From NCBI RefSeq assembly GCF_001194135.2, contig NC_068983.1, positions 72,556,093 to 72,601,811 on the forward strand: a DNA stretch of 45,719 nt. The letters run 5' to 3'. The number at the start of each line of letters is the position of its first letter. Within the stretch, counting starts at the first letter, position 1. Shown here piece after piece: positions 12,247 through 24,384 of the stretch. The notes beneath the pieces were generated by a model. The model was not told the origin of the DNA, did no database searches, and worked only from the letters and a program-made list of their open reading frames with translations. The position numbers were made by a program, and so were the translations under genes. Source of the stretch: Octopus bimaculoides. Lineage: Eukaryota.

Positions 12247-12309
12247 CTAGAAGCTTCTGAAAAATCAATATTCAATAAAGGTCTGAACTTTGCTTCTACT
12301 ATTAATTCC
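12247..12309 (+). mobile_element. Old Penelope-like ORF fragment
   Basis: Translates LEASEKSIFNKGLNFASTINS; 13 of 20 residues identical to LESSEEAVLNKGLNFATTIK at 20198. Confidence 0.5.
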
Positions 12310-12618
12310 TCTCATTTCTTACAAGATTGCTGTTCTAAAGAGTAGACCTAATCAGTAATAATATTTCGTTATGTAACTATCTGTCTACCTGTGCACATTT
12401 CACTACCACTCTATGAGAATTACAGAGAATATCAACCGTATAAGATTAAATGGCTATTTCTTCACAAACTTTCATACAAGTTATTTCGTTTATGGAAGGT
12501 TACATTTTAAAATAGCATCATTTAAGTTGCTTTTCTTGTTGTAGATGTAGTTTAACCCAAAGTGAAACCTGATCATGATATAAAGTATTTTCATTAAAGT
12601 CATGAGCATTTTGTCTTT

Positions 12619-12810
12619 TTAACTCTTTAGCATTAAGATTATTCTGTTAAACGCAATGCTTGTTTATTCACATTGTTTTGAATTAATCATGCATTATCTC
12701 ATAGCTTCAAGATTTCAATGAAATGATCATCTATTTTTAGAATGACATTGTAGGGTAGGTGTGAGAGGCTGGATCTGGCCAGTTTGATGTGAGAGGGTGG
12801 ATCTGGCAGC
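12619..12810. mobile_element. Putative piggyBac-like MITE, truncated
   Basis: Begins TTAA-CTCTTTAGCATT (a CCCTTT-type terminus); the other end is missing; short duplication of GTGAGAGG..GGATCTGGC at the break. Confidence 0.45.
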
Positions 12811-15800
12811 TATTTTTAGCAATTTAGACGACTATGCAAAAGCTCCCTCATTAAATTATAATCCTGATTATATTTCACAATTTGTTCAATTTAAACATTT
12901 TGTTGTTTAAAGAAAATATTTAGCAAAGCTTTTCAGAGCAGTGTAGCAAGAGTTAATACACGTATTAAAAGAATATATAACAAGAATATCTAACCCATTA
13001 GCAACTAATTTTCAGAATTTAAAATCTAATCGAGATAAAACGTAAACTAATTTCACAAGAAACTGATGTTATTTTCTTTTAATGTACATTAAACTCTGAT
13101 ATTTACATTTGTTACCTAAAACAATTTTAATCTGAAGAGATTTTTAAAACCAGTTCTTTATAGGAATTCATTCAATGATTTTGTTTATTTATTTCCTTTT
13201 CAAATATTTAAATTTGCTTTATTAGAATTTAATACCTTTGGTGGTACAAAAAATAGAAATGGTGAAATAATTGCAAAATTATAAAGAAGTAAAATAAAAG
13301 TTTAAAAAGAGATGCATTTTGCTAGAGATTACTTGAATTCAACACTGATTCAATGAGTTTGTTGGACTGGAAACTGAAGTAGCTTAAAAATGGTTAAGTA
13401 CAAAGTATAGTAAAAACATTTATAGTTCATAATAAAAAGAGTCTGATATCTAAACTCATAGATTGATCATCCACAGGCAAAAGCTGGGAATGCTGTATTA
13501 AGAAAGTAATTTATGAGTGTGAAGATCTCACTCCTACATGATCATTACTTGCTTTATAAGCATAAAACGTCAACCATTATTGAATAGTAAGGTGTGAACA
13601 CAAAAAGTTAATGGACAGAGTAAGAATGTTGAAGATTTTATTGGATTAGTGTAAGAATGTCCAAGATTTTATCTCTGACTTTCTTTTAACTGTTTCAGCC
13701 ACTGGATCACTACCCAGAAGGGTTTTTAGTCAAACTAATCTACCTCAGTACTTATTCTATTGGTCTCTTTCGTCAAAGTGCTAAGTTACAGAGACATAAT
13801 CTTATGTTGACACAATTGTCCCCAGCATTTGACTGGTACTTTATCCTATCGACCTGGAAGGATAAATGGCAAAGTTAACCTTGGCAAGATTTGAACTCAG
13901 AGTATTAAGAGCCAGAACAAATACAGCATTTCTTCCAACATTCTTCCAATTCTGCCAGCTTGTCAATAAGTCATAATTGATACAAAGATATAAATGATAC
14001 TAGAACAAGAACATTCCAGAGGAATGGACATTTGTCATGTCCTGTCAAATCATCCAATCCATGCCAACATGGAACATGGATGTTAAAGCATGATGGTAAT
14101 AATAATGGTACATACAGAAAGACATAAAGAAAATTTTATGTAGCAATATAAAAGAATCCGCTGCATATGTGTGTTCATGCATGCATGCATACACACGTAC
14201 AATACACACACACACACATACATACAAATGTACATTTAAATAAATTGTTGAACAATAAAATTTATTATTTCATATATTAATGGTAGCCATGTTATAAAAT
14301 CTGACATCACTTATGTGAATGTGTTCTTGTCAAATTAATGCACATACTTTCCAAACTATTTTAAAAGGTAAACTATACAAGTAAAGACAAATATGAATTT
14401 CAACTACAGATATTGACTTAAAATCAATATAAAACTAGTTGTAATCTATTATTAGACACATTGTCTTCTAGTCTTTTTTGTAAACTTCCCAGCTTGTAAT
14501 GTCAAGAAATAATGAAAAAGTTGATTCATTCAACATCATAAGTATTTTATCATTTAATAAGTGGCACTTGTTTTTTAAATGATGTAATAAATGAACTAAT
14601 TATAAATTTAAGTAGAAAATGTTAGCATAGTCGGCTAAATCAGGTATTTTTAGTTATATTAAACTATTGACTTTTATGACAAATACAAGATTTCTTTGTA
14701 TTTGTATGCAGAAAATTGATTTCTAGCATAGACACAAGGGAAAGGGAATGCTCAAAGCTATTTTATTATTAATGCTTAATTTGTAAATTGAGATTGCAGT
14801 GGGGTAACTTTGCATTTCATTCTCCTAAGGGTGATAAAATAGGCACCAATTAATTATGGGAAGAGACTGAGGTCTAATTATCTATACCTACCCAAAAATA
14901 TGTGGTCTTGTGCCTATATCAGAAATCATTATTTGGTTTTAACCAACAACGAATAAAAATCATCATCAACAGGATTTGAACCTGGAACAGTTAGTTGATA
15001 AAGGTTACTGAGGCAATTGTTTCCCTCATTTTTATTATTTGTTATTTTATTGAAATCTATATTATAGTTTATTCACCTAAAAAAAAAAAACATGAAAATA
15101 AAAACTACATTAGTTTCAGGCAAAATATTCAATTTGAAACATTGATATATATTCAAAACAACTTCATCAAAAATACCTAACAATAGTTTGAACAAGAAAT
15201 TACATTTTTCTTTATTTTATTATTTTTTTTTTTGTGGTGGGGAGAGTATCATTGAGCCTACTGATTCAGTAAATACTTAAACAGTAAAAATAAATGAATA
15301 TTCTAGAATTTTCTGAGGTAAAAAAAAATGTTTTTCTTTCTTCTATCTCTTTTTAAAATTAAAAAGGTAATGAAAACTATTTGCATCAAAGAAGGCCAAC
15401 ATTACGCTTGGAATTAAACAATATGTTTATATGTATAAAGAAATGAATATATATGAATCATCAAAACATTAATTTTTTCTTTTTCTATTCTAATATGGTT
15501 TAGTGGGGGTGTCTGCATAGATATACATACACATATATCTATGTATATGTAGATAAATAGATGAAGTAAAATATGTTTATAAATAGATGTGAGCATCTTT
15601 ACAGATAGAAAGATATGAATGTGTGCACATATAGTTATGAATATGTGTACAAACAAATAGTTATGAATGCATGTATAAATAGAGAGATATGAATGTATAT
15701 AGAAATTGATAGATATAACTACATAGAGAGAAAAATGTGTAATAGGGATAGATAAACAAAGACAGAGAGAATCATTTTAGAGAACTGAAAACAGATCACA

Positions 15801-16485
15801 TGAAAGCAGACAATTACATATTCTATAGCAAACAAGCCAGATTTTGCAGAAAGATGTATAAGTGTCATTATACTGAGAATTCAAAACTTATATTTTTGCT
15901 GCAAGAAAACAATGGTTAATGTTTGTCCTGACAAACTGATGGCTTTAAGTGTGATATTCAGTAACAGAGTATTTCAGATATTATCGAAGTCATGATAACT
16001 GGCATCATCATCCTCATCAACATTTTAACATCCATTTTTCTATGTTGGCATATATTGGACAGCTCTATTTATACAACATGATATCATTCATCTCGACCTT
16101 TTCTCATCTCATCTGTAATACCAAGCTTTTTCTGAGATCTGACTTCATGACATCTTCCCAGGTTTTATTCAGTCTGAAAATCAGAAAAGGAAATCATCTC
16201 CTCCCTTTCCCTCATCATCCCTATCAAATCTGTGCATTTGTTTGTTGGTTTTTATGTCTTTTTTTGCCTTTTTGTTTTACATGCTAGAAAATATATAAAA
16301 TTGAGAGTTGTTCTACAGATAAATGACCTCCCTGGCACTAACTCTTACCTGTTTTGCAAGTAAGGGATCTCTTATTCAAAAAGTCTTCAAAAATGCATAG
16401 TCAGCAAATGATTTGTTGATGGAAATAAATGACAGCTAGCTCAGCACTTATTCATACAAAGTGTGCAAGATGTAACATTTGCATT

Positions 16486-16487
<2 letters not shown>

Positions 16488-16525
<38 letters not shown>

Positions 16526-16650
16526 CGCACACACACACACATGCGCACACACAGACACATGCACACACACACACACACACACATGCACGCGCATGCACGC
16601 GCGCATGCATGCATGCATACACACACACACACATGTACATACATACATAC
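16488..16650. repeat. (CA)n-rich compound microsatellite
   Basis: CA runs with CATG/CGCG interruptions. Confidence 0.9.
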
Positions 16651-16654
16651 ATCA

Positions 16655-16806
16655 ATTGGTTTCGCAGTTTTCATCTACTAAATTTACTCATAAGGTATTG
16701 GTTGACCTAGGGTTGCAGCAGAAGATACTTGCTCAAGGTGCCATGCAGTAGAACTGAACTTGAAAACACATAGTTGAGAAGCAAACCACTCAGCCATGCC
16801 TATGCC
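16655..16806 (-). mobile_element. Family B SINE head
   Basis: Reverse complement of the 2690-2840 region. Confidence 0.7.
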
Positions 16807-17299
16807 CATAAATTACAAAAAGGTCTAAAATAAAAAAAACATAGTTTGTGGAAGATTTTACAAGACAAAATAGTTCAAGGAAGAACTAACTAAACTTTGA
16901 GTATTTTGTCTGGTAGAAATTTTTCCTCCTAAGAATAGTAAAAAAAATATTATCAGATGGAATATGGAATGTTTTGTCACAAGAATTGTGGAATAATAAG
17001 AAAGCAGTGTTTACTGAAGGTTACTGTTGCTGTTTAGCGTTAAACCAGTCCTGAGAGAACAGACTATGATGAAATACGTTCCAAGCATGATCATCTGGTC
17101 ATCTGTTTTCATTTATAATGTATCTAGGTAAATATTATCAAATGTGTCATTTCTTTCTTTTGAGTCGCATGTTATGAGGAGAATTTGACTTCTATTTCAA
17201 GCAGAGTGAGTGGCTACATAATAGATCCTTATTGGATCTATGAGTACCATGCAAGTCTTTTGGTTAGAAGATAACTGAGTAAGGTTCAATGACGAGATA

Positions 17300-17900
17300 C
17301 AGTTGATGTGACACATGTCAAAGAAAGTCTCCAACAGATCCATTTCAGCGGAAAAGTATGGAAGGCACAAGAGAAACAAGAGGAGGAAAGAGGGATGAAA
17401 CAAGTAAGTTGGATGGAAGTAACCCAGCTGTATGTTGTACAAGAGCCAATACAGTGAAAAGTGGGAAAGTATCAACACATACTGCAACAAAGAGAGCTGA
17501 CTAGAAGCTTCCAATTCATATTGTTGAGCCGAGAGCTATAATACACTAGAGAGAGTTGACAGTTTTGTTTAGGTCAAGGACAACAAGTTTGTTCTCAACA
17601 AAATTCTCAAAACAAGATATCATTAGTGTGTCATATAGGAAAGATTTCTAGTCAATTTATTGCTGCAGCAGACCTACAAGGAATAAAGAAGAAGAAACAT
17701 TTATAACCATTTCTATGACTTTATATGGTATAGGAAAGACAGCATGGTGTAGGAAATAGAACTCTATTAAGCAGAGAGAGAAGATATGGGATACTGCTAT
17801 ATGATATATGTAAGGTAAGGGGCCAGGCAGGGGATCAGTTAGGGAGCACACTGTTTAAGAGCAATGGCTGGGATGCAATCTGGATTATCTTGTTCGATTT
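17300..17900 (-). mobile_element. Degenerate CR1/L2-type LINE reverse transcriptase relic
   Basis: Minus-strand pieces PDCIPAIALKQCAP*L and ENFVENKLVVLDLNKTVN resemble the GPDGIP..LK.CAPEL and ALDISKAFD motifs; many stops and frameshifts. Confidence 0.55.
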
Positions 17901-18885
17901 AATTGACCAGGATAGTCTGCATTACTCATGTAGCTATCTTCGATGGGAATGAAATATATTTGTTGGCAAAATGTCAGCATGGAATTGGCAGAGCTTAGAT
18001 CAATTAACCAATTTGAAATAACAGGGAGTTTGTGAAATAGGAAATGTGTACTATAATGAGGCAGAATGAGATGTGGTGATTAAGCAGTCGTCAGATGAAA
18101 CTATGGATACTAAATGTGATATTTTAAAATAATTAATAACACTGACAGAGAATTTAGTTACTCAAATTATACATAAATAGCAAAAAAAATTCCTATAAGT
18201 GGGTAAGTATTTGTGTTTGTTGTTTTAGCTCAGGGTAAGTCTGACAGGGCAAACCTTTGATGAAGAATGTTCTCACAATTCCCATCCTATCTTTGAGAAG
18301 AAGGAAATTATTTCAAATGCGAGATTTAGTTTCAATACTTGTAGATACTGCTGAAGGTACCCAAGGATTGCATAGTGGTGTTAAAGCAGTCAACTGATTA
18401 AGCTTATCACAATGAATGAATTTCTGTATTATTGTTGGTCTATCATGGAGTTTTTTAATGTCCTGGTAGAACTTGTAAATATCTGTGACAAATATGTGAT
18501 TCTGTTGAGAGAAGTTTTTTTCTAAATATATTATCCAACATTCCTTTCCCAAGCGTAGTTATAATTTTTCTTCCCCTTCCAGGATCTCTTCAGTGAGAGA
18601 GAGAGAGAAAGAGAGAGTGTGTGTGTGTTGCAATAAAACTACAATAAATACATAATACAGATGCATAAACATTTGCAAATACATCTGCATATATACCTAT
18701 ATCTACACACACATAAGCATAAATAAGTACATAAGTAATACCCAAACACACACATACAGACATTTAACAAAGCTGATGATTCTCTCCATCACAAAGAGAT
18801 TTATTTCTTTGTTGAAGAAAGAACACATACACGTAAAGTAGTGACAGAATCAATCATCAACATTGAAAAGGATATATATATATTA

Positions 18886-18895
<10 letters not shown>

Positions 18896-18946
<51 letters not shown>
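18896..18946. repeat. (CA)n microsatellite
   Basis: Perfect CA run. Confidence 0.95.
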
Positions 18947-18949
<3 letters not shown>

Positions 18950-19318
18950 TGACATTTGATTACCAAAATTTTTCAACAATAAAATATTTCCTGGGCATTC
19001 AGTAACATCTTTTCATTCATAGTAGTTCCTTAAAGGAAGAATATAAGTATTCACAATTCAAAAATAAATGCTATTTTTGTCTCTTTAAGCAAAACAATAT
19101 GATGTTATCAGCTGGACTAAAATGATAATGAAAGAGTATTTATTAATACAAATGTTTATCAATTTACAACCAAAGAACAAAGAATTGTCTTCACATCACT
19201 GATTATATTCAATTATTATATATATACATTCAAGATATGTCCCAAGTTCTAGTTGCTAACATTTTTATAACCCATTATTTACATTCAACCGATATTTGTC
19301 CTCATCTGGTTTGTTGTT

Positions 19319-19364
19319 AACACAATGTTTCGGCTGATATACCCTCCAGCCTTCTTCAGGTGTC
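19319..19364 (-). ncRNA. Minimal type I hammerhead ribozyme (one core-adjacent mutation)
   Basis: GACAC-CTGAAGA-A-GGCTGG-AGGGTATA-TCAGCC-GAAAC-ATT-GTGTT. Stem I GACAC/GTGTT, stem II 6 bp; ACAT replaces the expected palindromic ACGT (a CpG-type change). Confidence 0.8.
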
Positions 19365-19468
19365 TAGAGGAAATTTTTAACCTGGGTTCTCATTCCTAAG
19401 GTATTTTTCGATGTTGTTGTTATTATTATTATTATTATTGTTGTTGTTGTTGTTATTGTTATTGTTCA

Positions 19469-19541
19469 GGTCACTGCTTGGAATCAAACTCGGAATCTTG
19501 GGGTTAGTAGCCCGCACTCTTAACCACCATGTCATATACCC
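19469..19541 (-). promoter_or_regulatory. tRNA-Arg-like Pol III module (A and B boxes), not a functional tRNA
   Basis: 73 nt GGGTATATGACATGGTGGTTAAGAGTGCGGGCTACTAACCCCAAGATTCCGAGTTTGATTCCAAGCAGTGACC; shares the CTAC loop start and AAGATTCC..GTT.GA.TCC with tRNA-Arg(ACG); acceptor and T stems pair poorly. Confidence 0.75.
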
Positions 19542-19570
19542 GTGGACAATTATGGAGTGAATTTTAGGGC

Positions 19571-19840
19571 TTATAAATCTAATATCTTTCTATCCTTCCT
19601 TAATATCGGTTCCCATATGCTGCTCATATCTGCACTCGGTCTGCTTAGGAGGTTGTTGTGTCCTAGCAAATGTGCTGCTTCTTTTAGCTTACGTATTTTC
19701 CAGTGGTGTTCTCTGTCTATTATTTTAACTTCATCCCACAGGAGGAGGGATCTCCATTTTTCCATACATGATCAGCTATACCCGATTTGTCAATGTGTCC
19801 TCATGTCACAGCTTTGCGATGTTCATCTACCCTTATTTTG
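19571..19840 (-). pseudogene. Penelope GIY-YIG endonuclease, C-terminal half
   Basis: FKIRVDEHRKAVT*GHIDKSGIADHVWKNGD / LWDEVKIIDREHHWKIRKLKEAAHLL...RPSADMSSIWEPIL; one stop, one frameshift. Confidence 0.85.
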
Positions 19841-19865
19841 AATATAATGACACCACTCGATTCAC

Positions 19866-21398
19866 TTGAATATAATGACAGCAGTCGATTCACATAAAGC
19901 TAAAAGAGTAGCGGAAAGGGACATGCCCTTGTCCATGAGAGAATCCATTACAGCCGTTGGAAAAAACATCAATTAAATAACGAAAACAAAGAGAGGTTAT
20001 CTTCATTACTTAGAAAAATAACCAGAGATGATGACAGAAAGAGAATCCAACAAGATCTGGAAAAGTCGTACATGAAAGAATTTGAAATGGTGAAGACATG
20101 TCAGATTAAGAAGTTTTTGAAGCTCAAAGGTCAGAGAATGAAGACTGAAATCCGTCACCCACCTGTGAAAGCAGTAATTAATGTAAGTAGCCGACACCTA
20201 GAAAGCTCTGAAGAAGCAGTACTGAACAAAGGTCTCAACTTTGCAACAACCATCAAGCATATTCCAAGCATATTCTATTGAAGAAATAGCCGTAAAGATA
20301 CCAAAAGCTCAGGGAGGTGAACTAAGGTGGAAAGTAAGACAGGTACTAGAAAAAGCAAAATCTCCTAAACCAAACATCACTAAGGAAGAAAAGTTTGCTA
20401 TCAAAAGACTACAGAGTGACAATTCCATCATAATACTTCCAGCAGACACGGGAAATGCTACAGTGGTGATGAACAAGTCTGACTACTGTGAAAAGTTGAT
20501 AAGTCTTATAAGTGAAGGTAGCTACAGCAAAGAAAAGAAAGACCCAACTCTGAAAACAGAGAGGAAGTTGTCACAGATCTTGATCAAGAACAAGGATTGC
20601 TTTACACCAATGAAGTACAGACAACTGACTCAACACCACAGTAAACTACCACACATGTACGGTCTCCCAAAGATTCACAAGGATGGTATTCCATTAAGAC
20701 CTATAGTGAGCTGTAGAGGTTCAGCATGTCATCCACTGAGCTGCTTCCTTGTGGATATAATCAGTCCATTAACAGGAAAGTCGTCAACATCGTATGTGAA
20801 GAATTCCACCCACTTCACAGAATTGATCAAAGATACTTCCATTGAATCCAACCAGATGGTGAGTCTAGATGTGATAAGCCAGTTCACCAAAGTCCCAAGC
20901 ACTATCGGTGACACAAGAAAAACTAGTGACAGACACCCATCTAAAAGAACGCAATAGTATACCAATAAGAAATTTGATGGAAATGTTGACCTTCTGTGTA
21001 GGAACTACCTACTTTAGTATGGACACTGATATATATTGACAAAAAGAAGGTTTAGCTATGGGTTCGCCATTATCACCGGTAATAGCCAATATATACATGG
21101 AATACTTTGAGAATTTGGCTTTAGGATCAACACCACTAAAACCAACACTATGGCTACGATATGTTGATGACACCTTTATACTCTGGCCCCACCAGGAAGA
21201 TGTCCAAGTGCTGTTAGATCATGTGAACTCAATAAAGCCATCCATACAGTTTACAATGGAAAAGGAAAAAGACAATCAGTTAGCATTCCTGGATGTATTA
21301 ATAACACGCACCAAGAATGGATTCAGGACATCCGTATACCGCAAGCCAACCTTTACTGGACGATACCTCAACTTCAATTCCCACCATCCATACATAAG
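19866..21398 (+). pseudogene. Penelope reverse transcriptase, frameshifted, 3' truncated
   Basis: NKGLNFA, ILPADTGNATVVM, MYGLPKIHKDGIPLRPIVS, GLAMGSPLSPVIANIYME, WLRYVDDTF, LAFLDV, VYRKPTFTGRYLNFNSHHP. Confidence 0.95.
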
Positions 21399-21438
21399 TT
21401 GATGCAGATATACATACATGAATAATGTACATATACAT

Positions 21439-21651
21439 TAGTTTCAAATTTTGGCACAAGGCCAGCAATTTCAGGGGAAGGGGAAGTTGATTACATTGAC
21501 CCCAGTGCTCAATTGATACTTATTTTATTGACCCTGAGAAGATGAAAGGCAAAGCTGACCTTGGCAGAATTTGAACTCAGAATGTAAAGATGGGCAAAAT
21601 GCCACAAAATATTTTGCCTGGTTTGCTAACGATTCTGTCAGCTCACTGCCT
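21439..21651 (-). mobile_element. Family A SINE with 16-bp TSD
   Basis: TAATGTACATATACAT at 21423-21438 and 21652-21667. Confidence 0.9.
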
Positions 21652-21708
21652 TAATGTACATATACATAAAAACAAACATTCAAATTTTATCATGTACTTT
21701 ATATAAAG

Positions 21709-21920
21709 ATGGCAAGCTAGCAGAATCTGCAGAGCAGCAGAGAAAATACTTCGCATTATTTGTTTTGGCTCTTAATGTTTTGAGTTCAATTCCTACAGGG
21801 CTCAACTTTGCCATCCTTTCAGGGTCAATAAAAGAAAGTACCATTGAAGTAGTGGATCAATAGTATTGACTAACACCCCCTTCTCTCAAAATTGCAAGCC
21901 TTGAATTGAAATCAGAAACC
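21709..21920 (+). mobile_element. Family A SINE, degenerate
   Basis: GGCAAGCTAGCAGAATC head, GAGTTCAATTCC B box, CTTTGCCATCCTTTCAGGGTCAATAAA central domain. Confidence 0.75.
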
Positions 21921-23020
21921 ATTGTGTATTTTGTGTGGGTACGTATGTGTTTTCCTTTTCTTTTATAGCAGACTCTGTGGGAGATTTGGAGAACAAAATT
22001 TCAGATATGGAAGCCAAACCTGGAATTGAAGGGCTCTAAAGTAAACTTGGCCTAGACTAAAATATTAAGATGAATATAAAAGAGCTCTGATGTCATCAGG
22101 GGAATGGTCATGCTCAGTATGCAGTAAAGGAGTAAACAGAAACTCCATGCTGTGTGCTCAGATTAAACAATGGAAACACAAGGAGTGTAGTGGATCACAG
22201 ATAAGATAACTGCAAAGGAAACCTTTGGAATACTTAATTAACAGGAATATGACTGTATGTGTGTACATACACAGTGATGAAGAAGATAACAAAGATGATG
22301 ACTAGTCCACTTGGTTTCAAGATTAGCAATATGATTTTGAGCAATAACATATGATCACAGCTACTCAAGCCAGCAAAACGTTTCTATAAACTCTATAGAC
22401 AATTGACTGCAGATGACCAGATATATTAAAGGCCATCTCAGAGCCAAGTGCTGATCAGTTTGCTTTGGAGATGGTAATTTAGGCCAGTAGGTAAATCTGT
22501 CTGCAATCACAGTAAGTAAATGAATTCCAATTAAAAGAGATACTTCAACTATAACCTCAGGCTGATCAATACCTTCTAAGTGGAATTGGTAAATGGAAAC
22601 TGAGAATCACATCATAAATATATATGCGATTGTACATGTATGATTTTGTGCGCATGTGTGTGAGGCTGTCTTACATGTTCTCATTGACACCATCTGAAGG
22701 AAACAAAGTTTTTGTTTACCTTCTGTGGCTGTGGTTAGCAAAAGTCCTGTAGTTTCAACTTCTAACAGATGAGAACCAGTAAAATGAAAAATAACATATG
22801 CCTTGCTTGGAAAACAGGTACTTAACCAAAGAAAGTATGCTTCAACAAGCATTGTTTAACACATGTCAACATGGAAAGGCAGATGTAAAACCAAATGAAT
22901 GAATTTCATAGATGTTTATATAAAATCCATTCCAGTCACCATTTCAAAATTTTTAACTTTCAACAAAAAAATCCAAAATACTAAGAAACTAAATTTAAAG
23001 TTTTGATCTATCCAGTTCAT

Positions 23021-23384
23021 TGGTTACGGCAGCGGACTCGTGGTCATTGGATCGCGGTTTTGATTCCCAGACCGGGTGTTGTGAGTGTTTATTTAGCGAA
23101 AACACCTAAAGTTCCACGAGGCTCCGGCAGGGGACGATGGTGAACCCTGCTGTACCCTTTCACAACAACTTTCTCTCACTCTTACTTCCTGTTTCTGTTG
23201 TGCCTGTAATTCAAAGGGTCAGTCTTGTCACACTGTGTCATGCTGAATATCCCCGAGAACTACGTTAAGGGTACACGTGTCAGTGGAGTGCTCAGCCACT
23301 TGCACGTTAATTTCATGAGCAGGCTGTTCCGTTGATCGGATCAACTGGAACCCTCGACGTCATAAGCGACGGAGTGCTAACAAA
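23021..23384 (+). mobile_element. Family D-related SINE
   Basis: B-box-like GGTTTTGATTCCC; 3' part GTTAAGGGTACACGTGT...GTGCTCAGCCACTTGCAC...GATCAACTGGAACCCTC shared with 42155-42452. Confidence 0.75.
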
Positions 23385-23599
23385 ATAATAAATTTTGCAA
23401 AGGTCAACACTGACTTCATCCTACATTTCAAATACCCATAACCCACAATATTTTTTCTCCCTCTCTTTTTTTTTTTATCTAAATGGCTTCAAGAAAAGCA
23501 AAAGGGCAGTGCTCATGAGTTTTGGAAGAACGCCAAGACTTACAAGAGAAAATAAGATGAAAACCATAAATCATGAGTTGCTATAGTGCAAAGCTGTGC

Positions 23600-23880
23600 T
23601 CAAGATGCTGAATTATCCTCAAACCAAAGATCTGGTCCCAAACACTTGCAACAGAATGGACTTTGCAAAATTCACCCAAGGGCCAGGTGGTGGTTTTAAA
23701 ATGAGTGATGGATTAAATCTACCAACCAAGACAATTCATCTGATGGTTTTCAGCAGAACTTCTGTTAATCTAATTTCACATACTTTGCCAAAGATGTACA
23801 GTAAGTCAAATCCAGAACTATTTGATGCAAAGCAAATGTCCTAAACATATGGCCATGCATACATCCTCCCCTTCACACAA
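23600..23880 (-). mobile_element. Degenerate LINE AP-endonuclease relic
   Basis: Allowing small indels, reads GG(C)...SNSSGFDLL...PSDE/IVLVG/(D)FN...LGEFCKVHS, resembling the APE GGGV and IVLVGDFN motifs. Confidence 0.45.
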
Positions 23881-24119
23881 ACTGCCCTTCAGTTCGGTCA
23901 AAAGAAATCAATAATTTTATTTCTAATCTAACTATGCTAGTGAATAAAAGACTGGTAGTTTAAAATATTGTAGAACTAATTTAAAGAAAGAAATGTTAAG
24001 TTACATTTCCATTAAGCTAATTCGACTAAATCCAGTTCAAATAAAATAATAATAAAATACAATTTAAATGAACACCCAACAGTACTTAATAATTCATTTA
24101 TCAATAACAAGATTAAATA

Positions 24120-24266
24120 TTCTTTTCTACTCTAGGCAAAAGGCCTGAAATTTTAGGGGGGGGTGCAGTCGATTAGATCGACTCCAGTGCACAACTGGTA
24201 CTTAATTTATCAACCCTGAAAGGATGAAAGGCAAAGTCAACCTTGGCCAAATTTGAACTCAGAACA
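24120..24266 (-). mobile_element. Family A SINE, 5'-truncated
   Basis: Homologous to 4980-5125. Confidence 0.8.
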
Positions 24267-24287
24267 TAACTGACACCATTGAATACT

Positions 24288-24302
24288 TGTGTGTGTGTGC
24301 GC

Positions 24303-24381
<79 letters not shown>
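24288..24381. repeat. (GT)n microsatellite
   Basis: Long GT run. Confidence 0.95.

Positions 24382-24384
<3 letters not shown>

Larger units (their letters stand above)
19275..21398. mobile_element. Penelope-like retroelement with inverted 3' end/pLTR
   Basis: Plus-strand RT ORF remnants 19866-21398 joined back-to-back to a minus-strand GIY-YIG C-terminus and 3' UTR (19840-19275). Confidence 0.92.

Noticed and set aside
18774-18820. CTGATGA followed by a TCTCT/AGAGA stem
   Set aside because: No GAAA or stem III follows, so not a hammerhead.
19469-19541. Functional tRNA gene
   Set aside because: Acceptor and T stems do not pair; treated as a promoter module. The same holds for the SINE heads.
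23544-23840. 297-nt AG...GT exon-like segment on the minus strand
   Set aside because: All three frames have stops; better explained as a LINE endonuclease relic.
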